From assembly GCA_944358705.1 (NCBI GenBank), contig CALVRR010000003.1:1106-65105 (forward strand): a stretch of 64,000 nucleotides of DNA, given 5' to 3'. Of the stretch, positions 19,873 to 28,555 are shown piece by piece; position 1 is the stretch's first letter, and each line of letters starts with the position of its first letter. Made by a program: the position numbers and the translations under genes. This stretch comes from an uncultured Bacilli bacterium (GTDB lineage Bacteria > Bacillota_I > Bacilli_A > RF39 > UBA660). The notes under the pieces were generated by a model that saw only the letters and a program-made list of their open reading frames with translations, was not told where the DNA came from and searched no databases.

Positions 19873-20217
19873 TTATATACTTCTTTTAATTAATTCTTTT
19901 TGAAACGTTCCTGTTTTTTCTTCACTTGTATATATTTCATTAATAAATTGGTTTAATGGAATATATACTAATATATATTGATTAGTTCTAAATTTATTTA
20001 TCAATTCTTGATTTTCCTCATAATATTGCCTTATTTTTGATTGATTTATTCTGATTTTTTCTTCTTCTGACTTTTTATTATTTTTTTCATACAATTCAAT
20101 ATTTGGCCATTTAATACCACTGTATTTTATATCGTCAGGCTTTATTTGTGCCATCATAAAGTGAACTACATCAAATCTTGAGTATGAAAAAGTTCCATCA
20201 TTAATGTTTTCAATCAT
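19873..20217 (-). CDS. Hypothetical protein (114 aa)
   Basis: The track ORF starts at a TTG. I take the ATG (MIENINDG) 24 nt after the stop of the upstream ORF. No motif recognised. Confidence 0.4.
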   Translation of the reverse strand: MIENINDGTFSYSRFDVVHFMMAQIKPDDIKYSGIKWPNIELYEKNNKKSEEEKIRINQSKIRQYYEENQELINKFRTNQYILVYIPLNQFINEIYTSEEKTGTFQKELIKRSI

Positions 20218-20240
20218 TGCGACTTCTAACAAATCTGGTT

Positions 20241-20591
20241 TTATTTTTCACTTGTAAATCCATCAACCTCGTTGTTTTCATTTTCATTTACTACTTTTTC
20301 GCTATCAAATGTCAAATAAACTCCTTCTCCTAAATATTCCCTTATGTTTTTTGAATTAATAACTCTTGAGTATAATTCATTGTCAGAAAGTTGCATTTGA
20401 TTATTTTTTATTTTATTGTATACAATATTAAAATCAATTAAAAGTGCAATTGTACCATGAAAACCTTCTGAAAAAAATACTTTTTTTCTATTATCACCAA
20501 TTAATCTAGAATTTCGTCCACAAGAAGGAACTATACCTTCAGTATAAACTCTTTCTATTGTGTTAATTGATGTTGATCTAAAACATTTCAT
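20241..20591 (-). CDS. Hypothetical protein (116 aa), possible Tpt1/KptA-like ADP-ribosyltransferase-fold lobe
   Basis: Start at MKCFRSTS after an AGGGGGAA RBS. FRSTSINTIERVYTEGIVPS....KKVFFSEG....EGVYLTFDSEKV parallels KptA segments LYHGTS..FLDEI..GL....YVHLS....NGVWLTSTV. The comparison is by eye only. Confidence 0.4.
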   Translation of the reverse strand: MKCFRSTSINTIERVYTEGIVPSCGRNSRLIGDNRKKVFFSEGFHGTIALLIDFNIVYNKIKNNQMQLSDNELYSRVINSKNIREYLGEGVYLTFDSEKVVNENENNEVDGFTSEK

Positions 20592-20840
20592 GATACTATT
20601 CCCCCTGTTTGTTTGATTCTTATAAAAAACTTTTTCTATTTTTAATAAACTATCTCTTAAAATCATCATAGGCTATTCATAAGTTTCATGCTCTTTGAAT
20701 AATTTAATATTCTCTAATCTTATTATTTTGTAACTAAATATTTCATTCTATTTATCTCCTAAGTATTTTGACACAAGTATCAAAAATACCTGTTGGTATA
20801 AAAAATACCAGTATCATTAACTGGTATTAATATATATTAA

Positions 20841-20887
20841 GTTCGAAAAAGTTCGAACAGATTTCCCAATGGTGCCCGAAAGAGAGA
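20841..20887 (-). repeat. Copy B of the tRNA-Thr 3' end plus terminator hairpin (att-like)
   Basis: In tRNA sense: CTTTCGGGCACCATTGGGAAATCTGTTCGAACTTTTTCGAAC, versus the authentic CTTTCGGCACCAGATTGATAGGAAACTCGAACTTTTTATTCGAG. Confidence 0.6.
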
Positions 20888-20905
20888 AGTACAGCAACTC
20901 TTTGA

Positions 20906-20944
20906 GCAAAAGAAATAGTCAGTAATAATTTATTAACTGACTAT
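20906..20944 (-). terminator. Rho-independent terminator after ORF 20960..21754
   Basis: Minus strand: ATAGTCAGT-ttaataaattatt-ACTGACTAT followed by TTCTTTTG. Confidence 0.55.
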
Positions 20945-20959
20945 AGTATATCATAAAAT

Positions 20960-21754
20960 CTACAAATCTATTATCATTTTTGCAAATTTTTTCATACTTC
21001 TTCTTTGTTCTTGCTCTAGTTCAGTTCTTTGAGCGCTTGATAATGATACATTGTCTCTTACATGATCATAATATAAATTTTTTACTTGAAGAGAAGATGA
21101 AGGATATATTTCTCCTTCAGACCAACCATCTTTATATAGAGAATGCTTTGACATTTTAAAAGTCAAATAAGTTGATAAATCATTAGCTTTAGATATTTTC
21201 TCATTTAGTTCTCCAATATTATATACAGTAGGAGTTATTAAACGAATAATGTCTTCCTTTGAAATATTACCACTTCCATCCAATTGAATATCAAGTTCAG
21301 TAATTAAATCTTGAATAGATATAGTATCTCTATTTCCAATTTTTTCTATAACATTTAATAGTAAAAGAGCTTTATTTCTTACAATATTTGAATATCTATT
21401 AAAGTATTCTAAAGTATATGGTTCAAAATAATATCTTCCAGCACTTATGCCATCAACAAATTCTTGTGAAGAGGCTTCTATATCTTCATCAGTCCATTTG
21501 GCAATATTACCACTTCTTTTAGGTTTTGGGCTTTCGATTCTCTCCTTTAATTCTAGGTCTTCCTCTTCCCACTTTTTTTCTAAAAACTCTGTTATTTGCT
21601 CTTTAGTAACAACAACTTGAGCACTATTAACTGTATTTTTAATATCATCAAAATTAGTACCAAAAATATTTTCTAAAATTGTTATGATAAATTTAGAATC
21701 ATAATATTGATTATCTGCACTTTCAAAATATGAATCAAAGTTTAAACTTTCCAT
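20960..21754 (-). CDS. Hypothetical protein (264 aa) of the mobilizable element
   Basis: Clean ORF with a GAGGTGG RBS. No motif recognised. Confidence 0.55.
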   Translation of the reverse strand: MESLNFDSYFESADNQYYDSKFIITILENIFGTNFDDIKNTVNSAQVVVTKEQITEFLEKKWEEEDLELKERIESPKPKRSGNIAKWTDEDIEASSQEFVDGISAGRYYFEPYTLEYFNRYSNIVRNKALLLLNVIEKIGNRDTISIQDLITELDIQLDGSGNISKEDIIRLITPTVYNIGELNEKISKANDLSTYLTFKMSKHSLYKDGWSEGEIYPSSSLQVKNLYYDHVRDNVSLSSAQRTELEQEQRRSMKKFAKMIIDL

Positions 21755-21927
21755 ATAAAATCCACCTCTGTTTGTAAATATTATACACTATTTATACACT
21801 ATTTATTATTATTTTAAAATAGCAGAAGGAAAATTTTTTTCTATTCTGCTATCACACGTTCATTGATGATGTCAATGTGCAAGTGTGTTTACTAAATTGA
21901 CACCATTTAGTATTTAAGGACTACGAA

Positions 21928-23145
21928 TTAAAAAATATTGTAGTCCTTTTCTTCAATCATTTCTTTTTCTTTAGATGTATCTTTTGTAATATAAGTAATA
22001 TCAGAATCGTTATATAAGTTGTTATCATAACAATCTTTGATTTGAGTTATAACTATATCTTTTTCTTTGTCTTTTCCAAACAATAAAATGTTTCTAAAAA
22101 TATCTTTTAATGCTTGTAAGAATTGGATAATAAAGTTTTTAAATGAGGAATAATCATTTTCTAATTTATTAACTTTGTTTGTCAAATAGTTTATTTGTGC
22201 ATCTTTCCCGTCATTGACTGCTAATAGTGCCTTATAGTATTTAATCTCTTGTTGTAGTTCTTTATATAATCCTTCACTTTTTGAAACTTTATTAATTGCT
22301 TCTTTAGCTTGTTTTAAGTAATCCATTAAATATAAGTAAGTATCATAATCAAATACCACTTTATGATTAAATATCTTTTTTGCTTCACTTTTCATAGTTT
22401 TAAGGAGATTATTATATTCACGATTCATTTTATATTTTGTGTTATCTAAATTCTTATCTAACATACGAGTAATACCCTTTAATTGTTTAGGTGTTAAGTT
22501 TTTAATACCTGTATTTTTTTCTCCTTGTTCTATCTCAAATCCTTTATTTCTTAATCTTTCATAATATTTATCTTGTAGCTTAGACAAGTGGGTGCTACTC
22601 TTGATATATTCTTTTTTAGTTATACAATATTTTTCACTATTGATTCTTTTATCAAACTTTTTAATAAGAGGAACAACTACAATATGAATATGAGGAGTTG
22701 TTTCATCCATGTGTAGAGTAGCATGAATAACTTGTTCTTTTTTATAGCCTAAATCTTCATAAACAAATTTTAAGGTTTCTTCTGCCCATATCATTATTTC
22801 TTCTTTACTTAACTTATCAAAAAAATCCGTATCACTTGTAAATAACATTTCATCTGCAACAACACTTTTTGAATCATTTACCATTTGATAAAAACTTTTC
22901 TTTCTATCAGATCTCATATTTTCTTGTCTTTTATTGTATTCCTCTCTGTAATCCTTAGTAATATCATAAAATTTTTCAGTGTACTTTTTATCACATTTAA
23001 CAAGTTCAATATTATTGATAGTATCTTCTTTTCTAATATTTGGATTAGATTTATAAGATTCTTTTGTTCTTTGGTTATGAGAGCCAATTTGAGATAAATC
23101 ACTTAAAGTATTAATACCCTTGCATCTAAATATGGCACAACTCAT
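21928..23145 (-). CDS. mob: MobV-family (Mob/Pre) relaxase
   Basis: The N-terminus MSCAIFRCKGINTLSDLSQIGSHNQR resembles the MobV start MSYAV.R..K.....L.G...HN.R. HMDETTPHIHIVVVP is the HxDE...PHxH motif. The C-terminal half is coiled-coil-like. Start follows AAAGGAGG. Confidence 0.85.
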   Translation of the reverse strand: MSCAIFRCKGINTLSDLSQIGSHNQRTKESYKSNPNIRKEDTINNIELVKCDKKYTEKFYDITKDYREEYNKRQENMRSDRKKSFYQMVNDSKSVVADEMLFTSDTDFFDKLSKEEIMIWAEETLKFVYEDLGYKKEQVIHATLHMDETTPHIHIVVVPLIKKFDKRINSEKYCITKKEYIKSSTHLSKLQDKYYERLRNKGFEIEQGEKNTGIKNLTPKQLKGITRMLDKNLDNTKYKMNREYNNLLKTMKSEAKKIFNHKVVFDYDTYLYLMDYLKQAKEAINKVSKSEGLYKELQQEIKYYKALLAVNDGKDAQINYLTNKVNKLENDYSSFKNFIIQFLQALKDIFRNILLFGKDKEKDIVITQIKDCYDNNLYNDSDITYITKDTSKEKEMIEEKDYNIF

Positions 23146-23896
23146 TTTTAGCCTCCTTTGCCTTACCAATACGACTTAAGATTGCACTTTCCATATCTAG
23201 TGTTATAACACCTAATCTTAATGTTTTATCATCATATCTTTTTGAGTCAGATAAAACAATTAATCTTAATACTTTTTCATAATCTCCATGAGGAATAAAA
23301 CCAACATATTCTAACTTATCATCTGCTTCAATTTCATAATAATTTAGTTTTAGCTTATCATTTTTAATAGTATCTTGAAGTTTATCAAAATATTCTTGTG
23401 CTTCTTCATGTGTTTTACCTTCATGATTCATAGCTATTTTAGAACCATCAGAATCTTCAAAAACACTCCAATTACAAGGAACACCATATTCATTATGAAA
23501 GTTCACTAAATCAGCTAGAAAACTCTTCCTGTATTCAATATACTTTAATTCTGTGTGATCTCCAACTTTATTAACCTCAACATTATCAATATAGGTAGCA
23601 ATAATTTGCTTCATTTCCTCTCTTGGAGCATTTGTTAAACTTAGGATATTTTCCATCAATTTGTCAGGATAGATGAGTTCATCAATCTTCTTGGTACCCT
23701 CTAAAACTAATAAATCATTAGTAGTGAAATTAAAATTCTCATAAGCAATGTTAGTTCCTCTGATATTAATAATACTTCCTTGTTTAATAATAGGCTTAAC
23801 ACAAGCAAATCTACATATCATTTCAATCCTTTTTAAAACTTCCTTATCAAATTCTAATTCCTTAACAACATCCATACTCATCACTTCCATTCTCAA
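23126..23896 (-). CDS. Hypothetical protein (about 250 aa) of the mobilizable element
   Basis: Clean ORF overlapping the mob start by about 20 nt. The true start is probably one of the Met codons at residues 6 or 8 (GGAAGTGA RBS). No motif recognised. Confidence 0.55.
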   Translation of the reverse strand: MRMEVMSMDVVKELEFDKEVLKRIEMICRFACVKPIIKQGSIINIRGTNIAYENFNFTTNDLLVLEGTKKIDELIYPDKLMENILSLTNAPREEMKQIIATYIDNVEVNKVGDHTELKYIEYRKSFLADLVNFHNEYGVPCNWSVFEDSDGSKIAMNHEGKTHEEAQEYFDKLQDTIKNDKLKLNYYEIEADDKLEYVGFIPHGDYEKVLRLIVLSDSKRYDDKTLRLGVITLDMESAILSRIGKAKEAKNELCHI

Positions 23897-23940
23897 ATAA
23901 CAAAAAAACTAGACAATACTTCTAGTTAATATTTATTACT

Positions 23941-23989
23941 CTCGAATAAAAAGTTCGAGTTTCCTATCAATCTGGTGCCGAAAGACAGA
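23941..23989 (-). repeat. Copy A: authentic tRNA-Thr 3' end plus downstream terminator hairpin (reference for copies B and C)
   Basis: TGGTGCCGAAAGACAGA is the complement of the tRNA 3' end. CTCGAA-taaaaag-TTCGAG hairpin lies at 23941-23959. Confidence 0.6.
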
Positions 23990-24046
23990 ATTGAACTGTC
24001 CGCTGATCCTTACCAAGGATCTGTTTTACCACTAAACTATATCGGC
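23973..24046 (-). tRNA. tRNA-Thr (anticodon GGU)
   Basis: Hand-folded, 74 nt. Acceptor GCCGATA/TTTCGGC with one mismatch. D arm GTTT-AGTGGTA-AAAC. Anticodon arm GATCC-TTGGTAA-GGATC. T arm GACAG-TTCAATT-CTGTC. Discriminator A and encoded CCA. Confidence 0.9.
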
Positions 24047-24093
24047 AGATAAGAGTATTCTATCATATAATGAATACTATTTCAATAACAATA

Positions 24094-24168
24094 TGGTGTT
24101 CAAGACGGGAATCGAACCCGTATCATCTCCGTCGGAGGAAGAGATTCTATCCGTTGAACTACTTGAAC
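24094..24168 (-). tRNA. tRNA-Arg (anticodon CCG)
   Basis: Hand-folded, 75 nt. Acceptor GTTCAAG/CTTGAAC. D arm GTTC-AACGGATA-GAAT. Anticodon arm TCTTC-CTCCGAC-GGAGA. T arm ACGGG-TTCGATT-CCCGT. Discriminator A and encoded CCA. Confidence 0.9.
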
Positions 24169-24177
24169 GTTTTGGAA

Positions 24178-24732
24178 TTACTCACATTTCATTCCAAATT
24201 TTTCTGTAAATTCTAACCAGTCGTCTAGCTTTACTTTGCCATTTTTAATGACATTATCTTCTTCGCCTTCAATATCTAATAATTTGTCTATATCTATTTT
24301 ACCATAATTTATTACAGTGTCACTAGTAACACTATTGTCTGTTCTTTTTACTGTATTATCATAGTATTTTAGACCTTCATAATTTTTATAGATTCCTTTA
24401 TAAGCATTTTCATATTCATCTAAGGTTTCCTGATTATCAGTTACTACTTGTTCCGTTGAGTGTAATATTTGGATATATTCTCCTTGATAATAAACTTCAT
24501 AATCTAGATTTACATCAATATCACTTCCAGCATCCGCTTCTCTAGTACAGGTTAATTTACTCATTCCTTCGGTTTGGCTCTCTGGTACTTCTATTTTATT
24601 GTTTATGGATGGTTCACTAGTTTTCTTTTCTTGAATTTTTTTCGTTGTTGTTTCATTTTCCTTTCCACATCCAGCTAATAATAAAATTGCAATTAACAGT
24701 AAAGCAATCTTACCTATCTTTTTGGGATTCAT
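24178..24732 (-). CDS. Lipoprotein (possibly YehR/DUF1307-like)
   Basis: MNPKKIGKIALLLIAILLLAGCGKE carries a lipobox. The mature domain is about 150 aa. Confidence 0.65.
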   Translation of the reverse strand: MNPKKIGKIALLLIAILLLAGCGKENETTTKKIQEKKTSEPSINNKIEVPESQTEGMSKLTCTREADAGSDIDVNLDYEVYYQGEYIQILHSTEQVVTDNQETLDEYENAYKGIYKNYEGLKYYDNTVKRTDNSVTSDTVINYGKIDIDKLLDIEGEEDNVIKNGKVKLDDWLEFTEKFGMKCE

Positions 24733-25252
24733 CTTTTTTTTCCTCCTGTTCTTTGATATATTTTAATATTTGTTTTTGATTTTTCAAAATGGAATTCATT
24801 TGATCGTGTAGAGATTCTAGTATTAATTCGCTTTTTAAGTCTGTTCGGTAGTCATTTTGGTTTCGAAGGCTGTCTTTTTCTGCTTGACGATTTTGACTCA
24901 TCATGATGATTGGTGCTTGTAGTGCAGCAATACATGATAAAACTAAGTTTAATAATATAAATGGATAAGGATCAATTGCCTCCTCACTACTTAGAATAAA
25001 AGTATTTAGCCCAATCCAACCTAATAAAAATATGATGAATAAAATGATAAATGTCCAACTACCAGCAATTTCACTTAATTTATCGGCAAAATGATCTCCC
25101 TTGGTCATTTTTGCTTCTTCTTGTTTGTCTACATCAATCGCAATTGGTTGATCAATTAATAAATTTAATAATTCTTCTTCATCTTGTTCTTCTAATTCGT
25201 TATTTCTTAATAACATTTTTACGATATCTTTTTTTGTTCTTCTTCTTTCCAT
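24710..25252 (-). CDS. DUF1003-family membrane protein
   Basis: ADKLSEIAGSWTFII, DPYPFILLNLVLSCIAALQAPIIMMSQNRQ and a C-terminal coiled coil. This is a typical DUF1003 layout. Confidence 0.7.
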   Translation of the reverse strand: MERRRTKKDIVKMLLRNNELEEQDEEELLNLLIDQPIAIDVDKQEEAKMTKGDHFADKLSEIAGSWTFIILFIIFLLGWIGLNTFILSSEEAIDPYPFILLNLVLSCIAALQAPIIMMSQNRQAEKDSLRNQNDYRTDLKSELILESLHDQMNSILKNQKQILKYIKEQEEKKDESQKDR

Positions 25253-25305
25253 TTTTCATCACCTTTTAGTATATCATTCTTTTTTTATTATTACTACCTT
25301 TCTTT

Positions 25306-26157
25306 TTATATGAATTTATTTATTTCTTTTAAACACTCTTCGATAGATTCTTCATCTTTACTATTTAGAAAACCGTGAGAGGCAAATTTTATATTTACGT
25401 ATTTTATGGAAATTTTGTCTTTTTTTCGTTTATTGTAGAACTCTTTTCCTTCATCTCGTAATGGGTCAAGGTCCCCCGTAATCATTAATGTTTTTGGAAA
25501 ATTATTCTTTATTTTTTCTTGTAATGGAGATTTGTATGTAGTTTTATCTATAAATTTCTTTTTAAAAGTTAATAAATGTTTTACTGTTAATAAATCTAAT
25601 TTATTGTTTTGTTCTATAGATGGGAATTGGTCTATGTTTTCAAAAGAAAGATTCAGAGCTGGATATAGCAAAATTAACTTTTCTATTGGAAGATTTTTTT
25701 CTCCCATACTTATATTTGCTAGTATACTTGCTCCAATGGAATCTCCCATTAGAATAATATTTTCTTTTTTTATTTCTATTCTTTCTAACCCTTGATATAA
25801 ATATTCTATAGTTTCATAACACTCTTTTAGTGTTTCTTCATATTTTGTTTTTAATTCATAATCTAGAGCGATTAATAGAGAGTTCGTTTCTTTTACTATT
25901 TCTGAACATACTTCTGTATAGTTTTTTCTTCCATTGGTTATCCAAGTTTGTCCATGAATATAAATTATAATTTTATCTATTTTTGATATTTTCTTGGGAT
26001 AAAAAATTCTTAAAGGGATTAGATTTTCTTGAATTATTATTTTATAGTTTGATATATTTTTCTTAGAAATTGTTGGATGTAATATTTCATATATTGTACG
26101 ATATAATTTATAAGTATCTTCGGTACCGAAGTCGTCTATTTTTGTTTTTAGATTCAT
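25306..26157 (-). CDS. Alpha/beta hydrolase (family IV / HSL-like esterase)
   Basis: IYIHGQTW (oxyanion region), GDSIGAS (nucleophile elbow), DPLRDEG and HGF. Confidence 0.75.
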   Translation of the reverse strand: MNLKTKIDDFGTEDTYKLYRTIYEILHPTISKKNISNYKIIIQENLIPLRIFYPKKISKIDKIIIYIHGQTWITNGRKNYTEVCSEIVKETNSLLIALDYELKTKYEETLKECYETIEYLYQGLERIEIKKENIILMGDSIGASILANISMGEKNLPIEKLILLYPALNLSFENIDQFPSIEQNNKLDLLTVKHLLTFKKKFIDKTTYKSPLQEKIKNNFPKTLMITGDLDPLRDEGKEFYNKRKKDKISIKYVNIKFASHGFLNSKDEESIEECLKEINKFI

Positions 26158-26180
26158 AGTATCACCAAATTTATAATAAC

Positions 26181-26215
26181 ATAAAAAGAAAGTTCCTATG
26201 GATAGAACTTTCTTT
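26181..26215 (-). terminator. Rho-independent terminator after the acyltransferase gene
   Basis: AAAGAAAGTTC-ctatggata-GAACTTTCTTT has an 11-bp stem. On the minus strand it is followed by TTTTAT. Confidence 0.6.
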
Positions 26216-26223
26216 ATTTGACA

Positions 26224-26832
26224 CTATTTACCACTGTTTTTTAAGTTTTCCTTCATTAAATTACTTACGATTTCTTCTAATTTTTTATTTTCTACTTCTA
26301 ACTCTTCTGTAATTTTATAGGGTTTTCCAAAACGAATTGTTAAATTTTTACTTCGAAATTTGTAATCTCCAGTTAGTCCAAAGGGAACGATATAAGCGTT
26401 TGTCTTTTTGGCCATAGATACGGCTCCAAATTTAAATGGTAATAAAAATTTTGTTGTTTTATTTCTCGTTCCTTCGGGGAAAAGTCCTAAAGCAAAACCA
26501 TTATTTAATACTTCTAATGCTTTCTTAGTTGCATTTTCGTCTTTTTTACTACGATCTACTGGAATACAACCGGCGAGTTTGAAAAACCAGGCCATTTTAC
26601 CATCAAAATATTCTTTTTTAGCCATATAATGAATTGGTCTTTTGGTAGAAATAATAGCAAGGCATTGGTCATATAAATGTTTATGATTTCCAACAATTAG
26701 AATAGGACCTTCTTTTGGAATATTTTCTTTTCCTATAATTTTTGGTGTGTAGTAGAATTTAAAGATAGGAGCTAATATAGGTTTTAATATTCGATAGAAA
26801 ATCATTTTGTCTTTATTTTTCATTTCTGACAT
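26224..26832 (-). CDS. 1-acyl-sn-glycerol-3-phosphate acyltransferase family (PlsC-like)
   Basis: VGNHKHLYD (HX4D) and FPEGTRNK. The start is uncertain (Met at 26832, 26823 or 26805) because the ORF overlaps the end of the upstream ligase gene. Confidence 0.7.
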   Translation of the reverse strand: MSEMKNKDKMIFYRILKPILAPIFKFYYTPKIIGKENIPKEGPILIVGNHKHLYDQCLAIISTKRPIHYMAKKEYFDGKMAWFFKLAGCIPVDRSKKDENATKKALEVLNNGFALGLFPEGTRNKTTKFLLPFKFGAVSMAKKTNAYIVPFGLTGDYKFRSKNLTIRFGKPYKITEELEVENKKLEEIVSNLMKENLKNSGK

Positions 26833-28555
26833 TCTTTCTATGTTCACTGTTTTCTTCCTGTAATTTTTTGAAATCGATTTTTCCAATTAATGTTTTTGGT
26901 AGAGATTTTCTATATTCAAACTCATATGGTATTGCATAACTGGCTAGATTTTTTTTACAGTGGTCTTTTATACTTTTTCGAATAGTTATCGGATTATATC
27001 CATTTTTTAAAACAATATAAGCCTTTGGTACTTCTATTTTATATGGATGAGGAATTCCTATAACTGTACATTTCATTACTGCAGGATGCTCTTCTATTAT
27101 TTGTTCTACATAGGCAGGATAGATATTATAACCGCTAGAGATAATCATTCGTTTAATTCTTTGCTTGTAGAATACTACTCCATCTTCATCCATGGTTCCC
27201 ATATCTCCTGTGTGTAACCAAATCATTCCATCTTTATGGATTTGAAGCATTTCGTTTGTTTCTTTTTCGTTATCTAAGTATCCTGCCATTACGGTAGGAC
27301 CACTAATACATATTTCTCCATCTTCTTGATAGGTGACTTCTTCCTGGGTTCCTGGTTTTACAATTTTGATATAATTGCTTGGAAATGGTATTCCAATACT
27401 TCCTGGTTTATTACATTTTCCTATCGCTAACGCAACCGCTGCTAGGGACTCGGTCATTCCATATCCTTGTGATATTTTTACTTTCGCGTGATGATTTTCT
27501 AAGTATACATTGATTTTTCTTTCTAAGGTGCTAGAAAGACTATCTCCCCCACTGATTACGTATTTTAAAGTACTAAGATTTAAATGCTCATTTTTTGTAT
27601 TTATTAAAGCTTCATATAATGTTGGTACACCAAACAATACATTCGGTCTATATTTTTCAATTAATTTATCAAATTTTTTGGCATTAAATTGTGGGATTAG
27701 TATTACTTCACAGCCTAATACTAGAGGGGCATTGATGGATACTCCAAGTCCAAAACCGTGAAAGATTGGCATAATCGCTAATACTTTGGTACCTAGTTCA
27801 ACATCTTTAAAAACTATTTTTGCTTGCTCAGATAAAGCGTTGAAATTTCCATTTGTTAGAATAATTCCTTTAGGACTTCCTGTAGTTCCTCCACTATGTA
27901 AAATTACGGCTGGAGTATCTTTGGTGGTTGCTACTTGGTGTTCTTCTCGGTAGTTTAATCCTTTTCTGATAAAGTCTTTCCAGTAGACATATTCTTCGCT
28001 ACGCTTTGGTTTTTTTATTTTGTATCCTTGTGTGATTTGATATCCAAAATTTAATAGAAATTTCATAGAATCACTTGCGGAAGTTACAATCGTTTTATAT
28101 ACATCCGTTTCTTTGATGACATTTTTTACCTTTTCATAACAAATATCAATCATTATTAACATTACACTATGTGTAGAGTTTAAATATTCTTTTATTTCTT
28201 GCTCTCCGGATAGTGGATGAATCATATTTGTGATTGCTCCAATCTTATTTAAGGCATAAAAAGAAATTAATGCTTCTGGTGTGTTTGGCATACATATTGT
28301 TACTACATCTCCGCGGCGTATTCCTTGACTTTTAAAAGCACTTGCTGCTTGATTTATTTTATAAAATAATTCTTTATAAGTAATTAATTTTCCATAATAG
28401 TTTATGGCGATATTCTTTTCTCTTCCGACACTGCTTTTTTCTAGCATTTCATAGATGGAAATGTCTTCTACTTTTATTTTTCTTTCTTCTTTTTTATAGT
28501 ATTTTGTCCACGGCGTTTTCATCATTTTTTGTTTAATTAGGTTGATAACGTTCAT
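26813..28555 (-). CDS. AMP-dependent acyl-CoA synthetase/ligase (FadD-like)
   Basis: LHSGGTTGSPKG (AMP-binding motif), GYGMTE, TGDMG..DEDG, and a C-terminal PKTLIGKI. Confidence 0.85.
   Translation of the reverse strand: MNVINLIKQKMMKTPWTKYYKKEERKIKVEDISIYEMLEKSSVGREKNIAINYYGKLITYKELFYKINQAASAFKSQGIRRGDVVTICMPNTPEALISFYALNKIGAITNMIHPLSGEQEIKEYLNSTHSVMLIMIDICYEKVKNVIKETDVYKTIVTSASDSMKFLLNFGYQITQGYKIKKPKRSEEYVYWKDFIRKGLNYREEHQVATTKDTPAVILHSGGTTGSPKGIILTNGNFNALSEQAKIVFKDVELGTKVLAIMPIFHGFGLGVSINAPLVLGCEVILIPQFNAKKFDKLIEKYRPNVLFGVPTLYEALINTKNEHLNLSTLKYVISGGDSLSSTLERKINVYLENHHAKVKISQGYGMTESLAAVALAIGKCNKPGSIGIPFPSNYIKIVKPGTQEEVTYQEDGEICISGPTVMAGYLDNEKETNEMLQIHKDGMIWLHTGDMGTMDEDGVVFYKQRIKRMIISSGYNIYPAYVEQIIEEHPAVMKCTVIGIPHPYKIEVPKAYIVLKNGYNPITIRKSIKDHCKKNLASYAIPYEFEYRKSLPKTLIGKIDFKKLQEENSEHRKNVRNEK

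Larger units (their letters stand above)
19757..20840 (-). mobile_element. About 1.1 kb integrase-less insert bounded by att-like repeats C and B (two small ORFs)
   Basis: Bounded by copies of the tRNA-Thr 3' end/terminator. Carries only ORFs 19873..20217 and 20241..20591. Confidence 0.4.
20888..23972 (-). mobile_element. About 3.1 kb integrated mobilizable element (MobV relaxase, no integrase) at the 3' end of tRNA-Thr
   Basis: Flanked by the tRNA-Thr 3' end (copy A) and its duplicate (copy B). Encodes a MobV relaxase and two unknown proteins. Confidence 0.55.

Noticed and set aside
21920-21950. Hairpin GGACTAC-N15-GTAGTCC overlapping the mob stop codon, considered as the mob terminator.
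   Set aside because: Its T-run (TTTTCTTC) is on the plus-strand side, inside the mob coding sequence, and the minus-strand side lacks a U-run. Its orientation and function are ambiguous.
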